Below, piece by piece: positions 29,201 through 38,802 of a stretch of 64,000 nt of DNA. The stretch comes from a virus: positions 112,804-176,803 of IMG/VR virus record IMGVR_UViG_3300009285_003054. One strand, 5' to 3'. Below the pieces are notes generated by a model, which had not been told where the DNA came from, made no database searches, and saw only the letters and a program-made list of their open reading frames with translations. Position 1 is the stretch's first letter, and each line of letters opens with the position of its first letter. The position numbers were made by a program, and so were the translations under genes.

Positions 29201-30652
29201 AGTGGCCCTGTCAGCGTCTCTCCCTGCAGGTCCTAGGTTAGCTACGGGGTATATTGGAAAGACCCAGCGCGATCCGGTAGTGCTGTATAGCTGGATGCCG
29301 TCACCTACCCCAGGGTTCTCCGTCGATCTTCGATAGACTACGCACAGTGGCATTCCCCAGGCTACGCCATCGTATGATCCAGTATGTGCGCTTAGCCACA
29401 AGCGGGTATCCGCTTGTGCTGTTGAGTAACCCCATGCTACTCCGTCACTGTTCATTGGGGTAGCGGCCATGGCCGCTGGATCATAGATATCAGCCATTTC
29501 TGCCAGAGATACATCATCTACTGTACGAATACTCACAAAGTTGGCAACATAGTGACCATCCGGAGTTACTTCTACCGAAGTAATGTCAAAACTTGTATCG
29601 GCGTGCGATGCACTGTTGGTCAAAGTCTCCAATGCGAGAGAAATTTGACTCCCAGTAAGGGTACCCCCTCCGGCTCCTGAGTATCCCCATGACTCAGGGG
29701 ATACGATCTCTCTACGATAGCACTCCAAGTAGACCAGATCATAGCGGGTTCCTATACCCGGCTTGGCTGCAAGATCTACGTCCAGCATCCTCGTGCGAAT
29801 GTAATGCCCATTCACTAAACACCGAATCTCACCTAGTCCGAGACGTGTACCTGTGGAAGGGTGTGCATGAATACTGAGTAGGAGATCCTCCCCGTAAGCA
29901 AAATCAGTAGCTGTGTCACCTGCAATAATCCCGGAGCCATGCAGCGCCCTTCGGAGATCGCGATCATTCTCTGATTCAGCATAGTGACTGTTAAGCGCTG
30001 CTACACCCCAAGCACACCACCAGATCGTCCCGTTCCAGATATAAGCCGATAGGCTGCTTCGGACAAGGATGCAATCCCCTACCTTCAAGTCCGGAACTGT
30101 TGCCAACGGAAGATCAGCATACGTACTGACTGATGGGCGCCAATTTGAATCAAATAGACCCTCTACACGGTGTCTTTCTGCATAGGAGAAGTCAGCAAGA
30201 ACTGCTTCGATTGCCCCCGGGGCTGTCTGTACTGTCCCCACAATCAGCAGGCTGTCTTTGTATGCCGAAGCAGTATAGCCGCTGTCTGAGAAGACGCCGA
30301 ATTCGTAGATTTCCCCGCCCATCACTGCAACATACTGGATTCGGAGAGTAATGTAATACTTGACCCCTGCTGTGATTGTGAGAGTCCAAGGACCATCCGA
30401 CCCATCGCTCTTCACCAATAGACCGTCCGCGCCCAAAGCAACCCACCCAATCCCTAACCCAGATATCACCCGTACCTGTAGGAGCCCCGGTACTGGCTCC
30501 AGATAGGGCGCAGATTGCTCATTTCGTCGCCCTGGGAGGGAAAGGTCATTCCATGCAGTAACAAACCCTTTTCGGAACAGATCCTCTCGAGTCTTTAGGA
30601 TGTTTCCGGTAGCATCTACTGCATTATTTCTATACGGTATGTACGCTTCCAT
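26231..30652 (-). CDS. Large tail fibre/baseplate protein (1473 aa)
   Basis: Two copies of a V.G......P..G.R.D.V.L...P(L/I)C...R module; beta-rich; flanked by collar-like paralogs. Confidence 0.65.
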   Translation of the reverse strand: MEAYIPYRNNAVDATGNILKTREDLFRKGFVTAWNDLSLPGRRNEQSAPYLEPVPGLLQVRVISGLGIGWVALGADGLLVKSDGSDGPWTLTITAGVKYYITLRIQYVAVMGGEIYEFGVFSDSGYTASAYKDSLLIVGTVQTAPGAIEAVLADFSYAERHRVEGLFDSNWRPSVSTYADLPLATVPDLKVGDCILVRSSLSAYIWNGTIWWCAWGVAALNSHYAESENDRDLRRALHGSGIIAGDTATDFAYGEDLLLSIHAHPSTGTRLGLGEIRCLVNGHYIRTRMLDVDLAAKPGIGTRYDLVYLECYRREIVSPESWGYSGAGGGTLTGSQISLALETLTNSASHADTSFDITSVEVTPDGHYVANFVSIRTVDDVSLAEMADIYDPAAMAATPMNSDGVAWGYSTAQADTRLWLSAHTGSYDGVAWGMPLCVVYRRSTENPGVGDGIQLYSTTGSRWVFPIYPVANLGPAGRDADRATRVALSKETQTLPSGLLTDTTFESKGGLVMGFDRDIVVNVRGYRLVIPQASSEVTLNASPAAGGYRSCVVLQVSFVACPDMSVPPTNREIIALGEYHTMPYSAGYVREIYADIKLIDVGSVSLVEDTPEAMAAAGYSATSGDLGLWEYVPGTFDPRVILFGTEYAIPICLISRFNSLAFDAAANPNGGLAGSRPDGYAHDDIAWSITPLFHRVGLGEADIRNRMEATARSLMLGQLDTLMARHPVHADVAGNRLTIGDAIASLAVLGYSKLTADPDGWRHCWSEAEEVRPFGLAFDPTGNFTDGVHTWAIGIPGHMRIQAPVGMSIYVADTTSPTDGPHFLLYSAAGPPAHPYQWDNLDTAIVSCTTANVVINAVDGDGYPIDMELDLTTPDNTLVHFYYWMIHRRSDTDIQHTDNGGLTRVPNRMFCGTWGPLGVGNVLGVNPMVADITVSAFSGAVLTLVHADLEAAVPESGAAYFLGFLGVTVIGVTRASYTYGVTISDDNQTLEITFGAPIVAHDVHVMVAYDTADADRWVEVTRGSRCITGFYKFYTHDWTGQITAGAYLSGSTNAHFLRFVCLLWRDTATADPWDVIPYDQYTMEVYEGVDGGRLSALTGGYQSAGKDYRAVFVTITPPAAAAEDILVWYENTPYQGMSAKDCVVDKVAYLKGILQGEVICTGKTFLSTFGRLPQYIHPETMSEANNMQQAYDYTGARFQFAGRAKALASSGTSFWRSRMRAEVSGKPYFLRSILKTLQIGYDGMLDHLPWPNWNIAGDLYATGGGVYNWFGVVIAEWELTGREIPLGSADYASGGALVMMDDSFSGEQIGGAHRPVHGAVIEYRDYASHEAAMDSASFADATRGVAVTLWEYDGADSSTRRFVADGVAYLPFGNLEGLLSTEILQGVVGWELLPNPPTYLHPGIPFRLRSESSWFGNYYGGHYMVIGNSGTPILQVSGAPKSLSGIRPRDIYAPQIGGVFEAYYLIGRPLLSK

Positions 30653-30658
30653 ATATCC

Positions 30659-31093
30659 TCAGAGCTGAATTCCGACGGTGAATGTATATCTATCGTTTGA
30701 TGTCTTGACGTTCAAGGGTGTGTTTGCTACAGCATAGAGGAAATGATCTCCAATCTCATCAATTGGATCATCCCCATTGAACACAATCTCGGCTATCAAG
30801 CCGAGGCTAGAGACAGATGCGCCTACAGCCTCGGAGAATTCAAGAATACATGTCCAATATGGACATGTGGTAGTGAGATACCCGGACCCATCAACCGACT
30901 CTTCACCAAAGACCTGCCCCGGTATTTCAGTCAACGTTGGGTCTGGTGTCAGTGCAACCAACGGATCGAGCGGGTCATGACCTTCGCTACCAAGCACGAA
31001 TCCAACTACTTTGAAGCTCTTTCCGGTTATGGTTTGCTGCGCATGGCGCGCCTGTGCTGTATCGGTAATCACTGCAGTAACTTCAGTACCCAT
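30659..31093 (-). CDS. Tail collar/fibre-associated protein, paralog of 25774..26223
   Basis: AVITDTA...GFVLGSEGHDPLDP...LYAVANTPLNVKT. Confidence 0.6.
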   Translation of the reverse strand: MGTEVTAVITDTAQARHAQQTITGKSFKVVGFVLGSEGHDPLDPLVALTPDPTLTEIPGQVFGEESVDGSGYLTTTCPYWTCILEFSEAVGASVSSLGLIAEIVFNGDDPIDEIGDHFLYAVANTPLNVKTSNDRYTFTVGIQL

Positions 31094-31101
31094 AACTTCC
31101 C

Positions 31102-32031
31102 CTATATAAGAATAGCAGCAGCATCCACATTAGTAGTGACCGAAGGACCAATTAGGATGTATTTTTCCACACCTGCCTCTCTAGCAATGGTCCGATACTG
31201 TCCTGATGCATAACCCATTTCGCGTGCCTCACCTATTGGTGCAAATGTGGTCCCATGCTGATAAGTAGCTGTTCGATACAGCCGCTCACCTGTAGCGGTC
31301 GTATCATAAACCTTCCCAGCCGACGTATTCGCAATTGCAGATGGGACCACCGGCCATATGTTCGATGTTCCAGGTTGAATAACATACGAGTGGAAGTTCC
31401 CCACACCCGTGTGGTGACCTAACCAGGCTGTGTGGATGTTAGACCACGCTGACGTGATTGCAGTTGAACCTGATGTTTGGTACCCACATAGACAGAACGT
31501 CGCACCCTCACCATTCGCTTGGATTGGTGTGCGCATCCACGCACCCACCCTACCCCCATACCACGCCGGCACTGAGGTTTTGATTATAAACCACAGATCG
31601 TCATCACTTTCACAGAGTAATAACTCTGTGAAAGTCCCAATGTTAGCGAATCTAGAGAAGGGAATAGCCCGTGTTGCCCCCCAGAGTGCGGGGGTTGCAG
31701 TGGCCCAAGTAGCCCCAACAAAGACAGCCCCGGGATCTGGGGTATAACCTATGTGAAGAGCATTTGCTAGGAATGTGTCCGGTGCCTGCATAAGTGGCGT
31801 ACCGGCTGCTTTTCCGGCAAAGGCCGCCCTTTGATCGGGGAATGATCCACCATTGGCAGATATCTCAACCACCTCACGAGCCCCTACGCCACCAACGGTC
31901 GATTCAATCGACCACTTAGTAAGCAATCCTGCCCCAGTGTGGAATGCGTCCATTAGATCAAGAAAAGTCCCCGCCCCCCCTACCGCCTGTATAATAGGGG
32001 ACGTACCATAATGAAGTGTAGTTGCGCCCAT
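31102..32031 (-). CDS. Putative virion structural protein
   Basis: A/G/T-rich protein within the tail module. Confidence 0.5.
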   Translation of the reverse strand: MGATTLHYGTSPIIQAVGGAGTFLDLMDAFHTGAGLLTKWSIESTVGGVGAREVVEISANGGSFPDQRAAFAGKAAGTPLMQAPDTFLANALHIGYTPDPGAVFVGATWATATPALWGATRAIPFSRFANIGTFTELLLCESDDDLWFIIKTSVPAWYGGRVGAWMRTPIQANGEGATFCLCGYQTSGSTAITSAWSNIHTAWLGHHTGVGNFHSYVIQPGTSNIWPVVPSAIANTSAGKVYDTTATGERLYRTATYQHGTTFAPIGEAREMGYASGQYRTIAREAGVEKYILIGPSVTTNVDAAAILI

Positions 32032-32041
32032 CGGTTACCTC

Positions 32042-32842
32042 TCAGAAGCCAGTAATCGTTACGGGGCTCACTACTACCAGTAAGTCCCCGATAAATTCAG
32101 CAACATTGGAGAAAAACGTGATCCAAGCATCATCTACGAAAAACAACCCCCCCGAACACTCAAAAGGGACATAAGCCACACCCCCAATCCCATCCGACTC
32201 GACGACGTATTGCCCCGCAGGGAGTGTGGTTGGTAGTCCGATTGAAATGGTAGCGCCAAGAGTAGACACGCTGGCCTCATCCACCACAGCGTCGATAGTC
32301 ACGGTAGGGCTTATTCCGTTGACTGTTGTGGTGGTGGCACTTGCGGGTACGGTGAACAGGATGTCAACCCCTACAAGTGTGGCTTCTCCTACCAGAGTGT
32401 CAGCACCTGCTGCGGCATTTCGATATAGGAAGATGCGAATGAGCCTCCCTGCAGCGTAAGCAGCTACACCTGTCAAGACGAGATCGGCAATCTCAGTCTC
32501 ACCTGCCACACCTGGTGTGGTACTGACCACCTGGTCTGGCCCGTCTGCGAAGACCTCGTCCCAAACCTCACCCGAACCTCCGGTCTCCATGTAGGTTGCT
32601 TCCCAAGCAACATCGCCTACTATTTGGGGTGACAGCCACCGTAGACGTAGTGTAATGCCACCACCCACGTATACTTCTGGAAGAGCAACAGCAAGGAATA
32701 ACCCGTCATTGACATCATCCGAGAATTGTGCCACCGGATAGTCAAAATTAGTTCCTTGTACCATTCCCAACGTTGCTGCATCGTAAGGTGCACTAGGGAT
32801 AGTCAGTGCAGACACCGGAATAGAGTATGTAATAACCGGCAT
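32042..32842 (-). CDS. Putative virion structural protein (beta-sandwich)
   Basis: LPEVYVGGGITLRLRW...GDVAW...IRIFLYRNAA..ADTLVGEA is a module common in fibre proteins. Confidence 0.55.
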   Translation of the reverse strand: MPVITYSIPVSALTIPSAPYDAATLGMVQGTNFDYPVAQFSDDVNDGLFLAVALPEVYVGGGITLRLRWLSPQIVGDVAWEATYMETGGSGEVWDEVFADGPDQVVSTTPGVAGETEIADLVLTGVAAYAAGRLIRIFLYRNAAAGADTLVGEATLVGVDILFTVPASATTTTVNGISPTVTIDAVVDEASVSTLGATISIGLPTTLPAGQYVVESDGIGGVAYVPFECSGGLFFVDDAWITFFSNVAEFIGDLLVVVSPVTITGF

Positions 32843-32857
32843 AAACTCCCCTTTTGG

Positions 32858-34204
32858 TTAGGGCATCCATATAGGAGCAAAGAAAGGACCGCCTATGGTG
32901 AAGATGTCTAGCGTCATTGTCCCTACGAATGTAATGGTGATCTCCGAAGGTGTGGCTGTAAGCATCAAAGCCACTACTGGGGGTCCAGTATCAATTGGAC
33001 AATCTCCCAGATCGGCAATATCAAATGGGACTGTTTCGTCACCACTCCCAGTAATAGCTGCGAGTTGTGTACCCATCCAGCCATCACCTGTTGGGTCCTC
33101 TATGTCTACCCAATCAGGATCTGTGATGGTCTCTTCCATCGTCCTCTCGGAGCAATCGAAATACACTGTCCCGAGAGCGTAGCATGCCTCTACTATGTGG
33201 GCGACAGAAAACTGCCACGCACAGATAACAAACCCTGTTTCCTTGTCCTTGCTAACCCACGGCCGGATGCGCGAGAAACAGCCTGACGTGAGTATAATAT
33301 CCTCTACGGAAGATCCCGAGTCTCCTTCAAAATTCTGCAAAACCTGATTGTCCCCGTCGGGTAGCGAGGTTGTAGGATCAACCCTCTGAAAGACAATTCG
33401 AGATGCGGTGAATTCCTGAATTTGCCAGAGATTCGGCATATTCTCCAGGTATTTCCCCGCTGCTACGAAAAGTGCGGTACTAACATCTAATGTCCAGACA
33501 TCAAAGTCACATCCAGCAAAGTCCTCTGCCCAGAGATACCGCGGGGATACCTGATCAAAGATACTCTGATCAGTCACTATTGGAGTTATTACCGGATTGT
33601 TCCCGGTTATCGCAGCAGCCAATCTCCGTACACCACCACCCTGTGTAGCATGTGATACCCCATCAATTACCATTCGCATGGCTAATCTGTGAGTAGCATT
33701 ACTTCGGGGAAGGAGGTTAACATACTCACGGAACCATCTCTCTATCAATACAGATCCGGTAGGCGAAAGTAGTGCCTGTTCCCGTAGTGTCAATCTTTGG
33801 ACAATATGGGTATCTAGATCAGATGCTTGCACAAACAATGCAGTGGCGTAGCGAGCCACGCCAACCCACATGTCAGTACTGCCTATGGATGACTCAGCTA
33901 CTATCCGATTGACACCCGGTGAGAGAGGTAGTCGGATTTGTTCCACATTGTGTCTGGGAATATACGGGATGACAGTAGGTGGGGATCCAGCAGGACTCTG
34001 CGAATCTGGATCTGTAGATCGAGTGATTGTAATCTTGACGTTCACCCCCACAGTGCTAACCGTAAGAATAAACGCACTGCCCCGGAAGTCGTATGGTAGC
34101 AAAGTGGCTACTACTGATCCCAAGTAGATTCGATTTGGCCACACGGCTGCTCTGATATCCGTATATGTCTCAATTTGTAGTGCAGCCGGCTCTAGGATCA
34201 GCAT
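32858..34204 (-). CDS. Putative baseplate wedge protein
   Basis: HATQGGGVRRLAAAITG resembles the 'GT..GI...l' motif of P2 gpI-like proteins; lies downstream of the J-like gene. Confidence 0.45.
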   Translation of the reverse strand: MLILEPAALQIETYTDIRAAVWPNRIYLGSVVATLLPYDFRGSAFILTVSTVGVNVKITITRSTDPDSQSPAGSPPTVIPYIPRHNVEQIRLPLSPGVNRIVAESSIGSTDMWVGVARYATALFVQASDLDTHIVQRLTLREQALLSPTGSVLIERWFREYVNLLPRSNATHRLAMRMVIDGVSHATQGGGVRRLAAAITGNNPVITPIVTDQSIFDQVSPRYLWAEDFAGCDFDVWTLDVSTALFVAAGKYLENMPNLWQIQEFTASRIVFQRVDPTTSLPDGDNQVLQNFEGDSGSSVEDIILTSGCFSRIRPWVSKDKETGFVICAWQFSVAHIVEACYALGTVYFDCSERTMEETITDPDWVDIEDPTGDGWMGTQLAAITGSGDETVPFDIADLGDCPIDTGPPVVALMLTATPSEITITFVGTMTLDIFTIGGPFFAPIWMP

Positions 34205-34216
34205 TACAAAGCAACC

Positions 34217-34423
34217 TTACTTCCGTAGATTAGGTGGGAATTTCTCTGTGTCTAACCGAGCATCCTCTTCTGCCGGAAGAGCATCCTCTTCGCTACCGGC
34301 AACTACATCTCCAGTTCGGATAGACGGACGGGACGCTACAACACGTGTTCTGTGTGTATTAGCCAGTGGGTTGAATGGGTTGTTGGGGTTGTTAGGGTTT
34401 GTGTAATCCGGTTTCATAATCAT
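34217..34423 (-). CDS. Small hypothetical protein (NP repeats)
   Basis: 68-aa ORF with ATGA overlap to the J-like gene. Confidence 0.5.
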   Translation of the reverse strand: MIMKPDYTNPNNPNNPFNPLANTHRTRVVASRPSIRTGDVVAGSEEDALPAEEDARLDTEKFPPNLRK

Positions 34424-35826
34424 CTCCGATATGCAAGGTTAATTGAGATCAGTGAATCATCAATTTCAATTATCTCATTATCCTGCAGTGCAATAGTCTC
34501 CACATCCAGGACCCCCCTTTCGGACAGATGAAAAACACTCATGGTCGGGGTTGTTCGCAGTCCGATTACCTCGGATACTAGATTGGCTAGGAACTCTGCA
34601 GGACTATATGTCTGACCGAATACTGAATCCTCAAACCATGTGTGAATTTGAGCAAGGACATTGGTTTGGAGACTAAACAAGTTGAACCCGGAATCAGCCT
34701 CTGCACTAATCTCGATTGTGGGGTTGACCCGTACCGCTCGACGCACCAAAATATCTGTCTCAAAAAGACCGGTGTCTACACCTGCATAATCCTCCGCTAT
34801 GTCCCCCGTAAGAGAGTCCCACGTGTATTTGATGCTCACTAGGCTACCACCAGATAGTGGAGAAGCAAATTCCACATGCGATGTGTCATTAGACGAGCCT
34901 AGTGTAGCTGGGTCGTCGTCTATGACCAACTCATATGCGACAGCAAGTCCATTAACAGTCGCGGATTCTACAGATTGAATTGGTAGATTATCGGGTTGCA
35001 ACGTGATTTCACCCCCTAATGCAGTGTACTCGTATACAGCAGACACCAACACTTCCCCGGAATAGTAGATGTCGATCCCAGGTTTGGTGGTTGCCCTCCG
35101 GAAAAGCAGATAGTCTGCCGAGGTAATCACCTTTACACTCAATGCACTGTCAAATGCCGCCATAACAGCAGCAGAAATCCCACCTACTGTCCCCATATCC
35201 TGTCCGATTAGTTTGGCTTGTCCCTGTGCTATCAGCGCACTTGTCCCTCCTGGATCCACACCTTTGTCGATTTTACTTCTATTTTCGACGAAGTCCACCC
35301 CTGTAATAGTAGACAATACCCTAGTCACGCGATAAGCTGGGACGTTATATGCCACCCCGACAGCAACCGCTTGAATTGGGGTTAGTACTTCATATGTGCG
35401 TTTGGTTGGGTTGTAGTAATTATCGGGATAACGTCCGTCAATTACTACGGCTTGGGTAGTCTGGTAAACGTAGTCAAGCGTAGTGCTTCCAACCCGCGTT
35501 CCCTGGGGGATTGTGATAGTTTGGTTAGCCCGTGGACGACTGCGCGAGCCAAAGTAGACATATCCTTCAGATGCCTTACCTTGGGATGCCCCCGCACCAA
35601 CTGAAGCTGCCATACGCTCTAGCTCAGTAGTTGTGGCCACTGCGGTGAAGTCAGCAGAAGCCAAGCGGTCTGTTCGATCTTGGCGTGCTTCAATATCCGC
35701 CATAACCACAGACTGCGGTCTAATAAATAGATCCCGGATTGGGCCTTTCTCTGTATCCGCCGTGGGATCTATTTCAAAATAGGCATCTTGTAGATCCGCT
35801 GTGATTGTTGCTGCATCTCGAGCCAC
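34420..35826 (-). CDS. Baseplate J-like (wedge) protein
   Basis: GPIRDLFI.P, ASEGYVYF, ITIPQGTRV, PIQAVAVGVAYNV and V.N....GVD motifs. Confidence 0.85.
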   Translation of the reverse strand: MARDAATITADLQDAYFEIDPTADTEKGPIRDLFIRPQSVVMADIEARQDRTDRLASADFTAVATTTELERMAASVGAGASQGKASEGYVYFGSRSRPRANQTITIPQGTRVGSTTLDYVYQTTQAVVIDGRYPDNYYNPTKRTYEVLTPIQAVAVGVAYNVPAYRVTRVLSTITGVDFVENRSKIDKGVDPGGTSALIAQGQAKLIGQDMGTVGGISAAVMAAFDSALSVKVITSADYLLFRRATTKPGIDIYYSGEVLVSAVYEYTALGGEITLQPDNLPIQSVESATVNGLAVAYELVIDDDPATLGSSNDTSHVEFASPLSGGSLVSIKYTWDSLTGDIAEDYAGVDTGLFETDILVRRAVRVNPTIEISAEADSGFNLFSLQTNVLAQIHTWFEDSVFGQTYSPAEFLANLVSEVIGLRTTPTMSVFHLSERGVLDVETIALQDNEIIEIDDSLISINLAYRR

Positions 35827-36261
35827 TTATCCCACCCCCTCTACGAACTGATGCTGATTGGTAATGATGAAAGCCTTGGCTACTTCCACTGGATCTACTC
35901 GACCCATCACCAAGTCAACACGATACATTAGCCCACTTCCTTGCTGCTCCACTATGACCCTTCGTACACTGGATACCTTTTCTGTGTCATCCAATGCAAA
36001 CTGTAAGGCATCCTGACTTCTGCGTAGGCGGGAAATCGCCGCACCCACATCCCGTCGCAGTAGACCGGGTGCTGCCAGCGTCTCTATCACTAAGGGACCA
36101 GACGTAAGGAATTCAAACCCGTAGTCATCTTCGGGATCATAGGGGTGCGAGAGCACATGCACAACATCTTGCGCGCCCTTGTCCAAACCCCGACACATTT
36201 GGGGTTGACCATTGGACCCATCTACCCAATCCCCATCTTTGAATGCTAGTGTTCTACTCAT
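35827..36261 (-). CDS. Baseplate wedge subunit (gp25/GPW-like)
   Basis: DGDWV...G.P....GLDKGAQD...DYG pattern immediately upstream of the J-like gene. Start set at MSRTLAF. Confidence 0.65.
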   Translation of the reverse strand: MSRTLAFKDGDWVDGSNGQPQMCRGLDKGAQDVVHVLSHPYDPEDDYGFEFLTSGPLVIETLAAPGLLRRDVGAAISRLRRSQDALQFALDDTEKVSSVRRVIVEQQGSGLMYRVDLVMGRVDPVEVAKAFIITNQHQFVEGVG

Positions 36262-36781
36262 AGCTACGAAACACCTCGGGCCAGGATGCCTTCTGGCGAT
36301 CTGTTTGCGAGTTGTTCTCACCCCAAGTGTACACAGTCTCGATAAGGGATGCCAGCTGCTTCCGATGAAAATGGTGATCTCGGGATTCCAACAACGCACC
36401 ATATCCGGTCTGGATGTCCTTTTGTACCTTAGCCAGCTCCGAAACATTCTGAGTTAACGCACTGTTCTTTCTGAAAGTGTCATAGTCACCAATCCGGCTA
36501 TCATAGTCTTGCAACATGACTTCGGAGTCTGCGATCTCTGCTGCGCAAGCAGTGAGGAGGATACTTCGGAAGTCCGCTGACTCCCCTTCCGAATCCTGTA
36601 TTCGTCCCAGGATTTCTTCTCGAAAGTAGGGGTCTACTGTGATTGCAAAGTCCTGCAACCCGTCAGAGATGGGGACCGATTCGCCAACCTGAGCGTCGTA
36701 GTATTTTGGTCTGTCATTAACGGGTAGACGCAACGCAGCCAGGCGTTGCTGTGCGTCTTGTGTACTCACGGAATCCTCCAT
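36254..36781 (-). CDS. Hypothetical helical protein
   Basis: 175-aa ORF in the baseplate operon. Confidence 0.55.
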   Translation of the reverse strand: MEDSVSTQDAQQRLAALRLPVNDRPKYYDAQVGESVPISDGLQDFAITVDPYFREEILGRIQDSEGESADFRSILLTACAAEIADSEVMLQDYDSRIGDYDTFRKNSALTQNVSELAKVQKDIQTGYGALLESRDHHFHRKQLASLIETVYTWGENNSQTDRQKASWPEVFRSYE

Positions 36782-36805
36782 CTTCTAGGGTAACCTGAGT
36801 CTTGT

Positions 36806-38437
36806 CTACGGTGGGAAGCTACGGAAGAGTTGCGCGGTCAGCGCTTGAGTAAGCTGAATCGTGGTCGAGTTGGGTGCGGTTACCCTGCGCTGTTGTATTT
36901 CATTGGCCACCGATACGAGTGTCTGACTCAGTGCCCCTAGATCAGCGGCGACCATGTCTAGGACCTGCTGAAGCGTAGTGAGAACATCAGACAGATCGGA
37001 TAAGGCAGCTAGGATTGCACCGTCCTCGTCATAGCCACCACCATCACCGCTAAGATCCATCCCCGTGGTTTTCTCCGCAATCCCATCGAAATCGATGAGT
37101 TGGGTAACGGCTACACTCACCCCCGAAACTAATGAGTAGATCAGACTGAATGTAAGATCCATTTGTGCGCAAGCAATCCCGAAATTGTCTGCAAGGGTAT
37201 CCTCAACTATCTCCATGGTATCCGGGTCAAGTGTGGTCATGTAAGGCCATGCTGCTGGATTGGATCTCCCATAATTATCCCCCAATAAGAACGCCCGGAT
37301 ATTCTCACAAACAGCGACGATTGCACCTAATGCCGGGGTAGCAATTCCGGCCAAGGCATCCCATGTGTCAAATATCTCGGAAAGCCCAGTTGTAAGTACG
37401 GAGAGAATAGCTTGTGATCCAGCATTCTCTGTTGATGCCTTGGCCGCCAGGGCAGTAATGTATGCCTGGGTAGGGAAGCTTCGGGACGGGGAAATAGCAG
37501 CTAGCAGTGCGACGCTCGGAGGAAGGTACAGATCCATCCCGGAGATAGCTAATTCCTGCGACGTTGGTGCATCAGTAATTTGTTGCGCTAACGCTCGTGC
37601 CAATTCCCCTGGGTATGGGAAAGACTGATATACACCGGACACCTCGGTCAAAGCGTCGTCTGCCCGGGTCTGTTGGGAGTCAATCAGCACTTTGTTTATG
37701 CTTGATGATTCCGCCAATAATGTTCTCATGTCGGAATCGGTGTACCCCATTGTTCGAAGTTTACTACAGAAATCGAGACGTGGGATCACTACTGTGGTAA
37801 CATTCCTGGTACTGACCCCTCGGAGGAGGTAGTAGACTACATCTCCCGGGAATCCAGACTGGGTGAGTGTAATTTTGGCGTGCGCGTTGGGTTCAACAAA
37901 CCACACGAACGTAATAGCTAAATCCGAGAAAGCAACTCCAGAAGATTGCATTACTGCTAGTGGGGATTGACCCGTAAGAATTACTCCGTTCAATGCGACG
38001 TAATATTCAAATCCACGAGGTGATGCATTCCCCAGGGTGGCTTCCATTGTCGAAAGCCCAATAGCACTGTAGAGTTTCCTATAAGGGTTCACGCTCACCG
38101 CACGTGTGTGCTGGGTGCATACATACATACCGTGAATGCAGGCTATTCCTGTACGTGTAAGCAACCAGTATGCGCGACTGTTTTGGTCACTCGGATACTC
38201 TGGAAGACCCACTGCCGTGCGGAATGCGGCAATTGTAGGAAGACCATATGTGCGGATAAGGGTAAGAAGTTCGGAGTTGACTGTAGCGACTGCGGACATC
38301 TGCCCCAAGTAAGTATTTACTGCAGCAATCGATCCTCTTAGCGCTTCGTGTGTGGTATGCGTGTTTGCCTGGATAGCGTCTACTACCGAGTCCAAATCCG
38401 ATTCGATGCCACATACTCGATAAGTAATCCCTGCCAT
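36806..38437 (-). CDS. Hypothetical baseplate-associated protein (543 aa) with helical/amphipathic C-half
   Basis: Long ORF; context. Confidence 0.55.
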   Translation of the reverse strand: MAGITYRVCGIESDLDSVVDAIQANTHTTHEALRGSIAAVNTYLGQMSAVATVNSELLTLIRTYGLPTIAAFRTAVGLPEYPSDQNSRAYWLLTRTGIACIHGMYVCTQHTRAVSVNPYRKLYSAIGLSTMEATLGNASPRGFEYYVALNGVILTGQSPLAVMQSSGVAFSDLAITFVWFVEPNAHAKITLTQSGFPGDVVYYLLRGVSTRNVTTVVIPRLDFCSKLRTMGYTDSDMRTLLAESSSINKVLIDSQQTRADDALTEVSGVYQSFPYPGELARALAQQITDAPTSQELAISGMDLYLPPSVALLAAISPSRSFPTQAYITALAAKASTENAGSQAILSVLTTGLSEIFDTWDALAGIATPALGAIVAVCENIRAFLLGDNYGRSNPAAWPYMTTLDPDTMEIVEDTLADNFGIACAQMDLTFSLIYSLVSGVSVAVTQLIDFDGIAEKTTGMDLSGDGGGYDEDGAILAALSDLSDVLTTLQQVLDMVAADLGALSQTLVSVANEIQQRRVTAPNSTTIQLTQALTAQLFRSFPP

Positions 38438-38442
38438 AGAGG

Positions 38443-38802
38443 CTATTCCTTTTCGGATGTCATTTCTCTAATCCGATTTTCTATTCGGATTAGATCCGGA
38501 CCTAAAATATCATCTGCACGCACATGATGGGTAAGAGATCCGTTAGGGGTCAGTGCCTCCTTCCGGAAACTTTTGATCCCATCCCAAATATCGCGGGGAA
38601 TCTCTACTTTCTGAGCCATTGATGTTACTACTTCTCGAAGAAAGAATCGAATCCCTTCCGGAGTGGCAGAGAGCATCTTGGCCATCCGGGCACGCGGGAT
38701 TGTTATCCGATGAGCTTCCGTCTCACCAGTGGGTCCCATAATGTCTATGTCGAGAGAAAGATCCCCCGATTGTAACCAGCAGAAGTAGTCACTCATGGGC
38801 AA
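38443..38802 (-). CDS. Hypothetical protein
   Basis: 119-aa ORF coupled to the upstream gene. Confidence 0.55.
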   Translation of the reverse strand: MPMSDYFCWLQSGDLSLDIDIMGPTGETEAHRITIPRARMAKMLSATPEGIRFFLREVVTSMAQKVEIPRDIWDGIKSFRKEALTPNGSLTHHVRADDILGPDLIRIENRIREMTSEKE

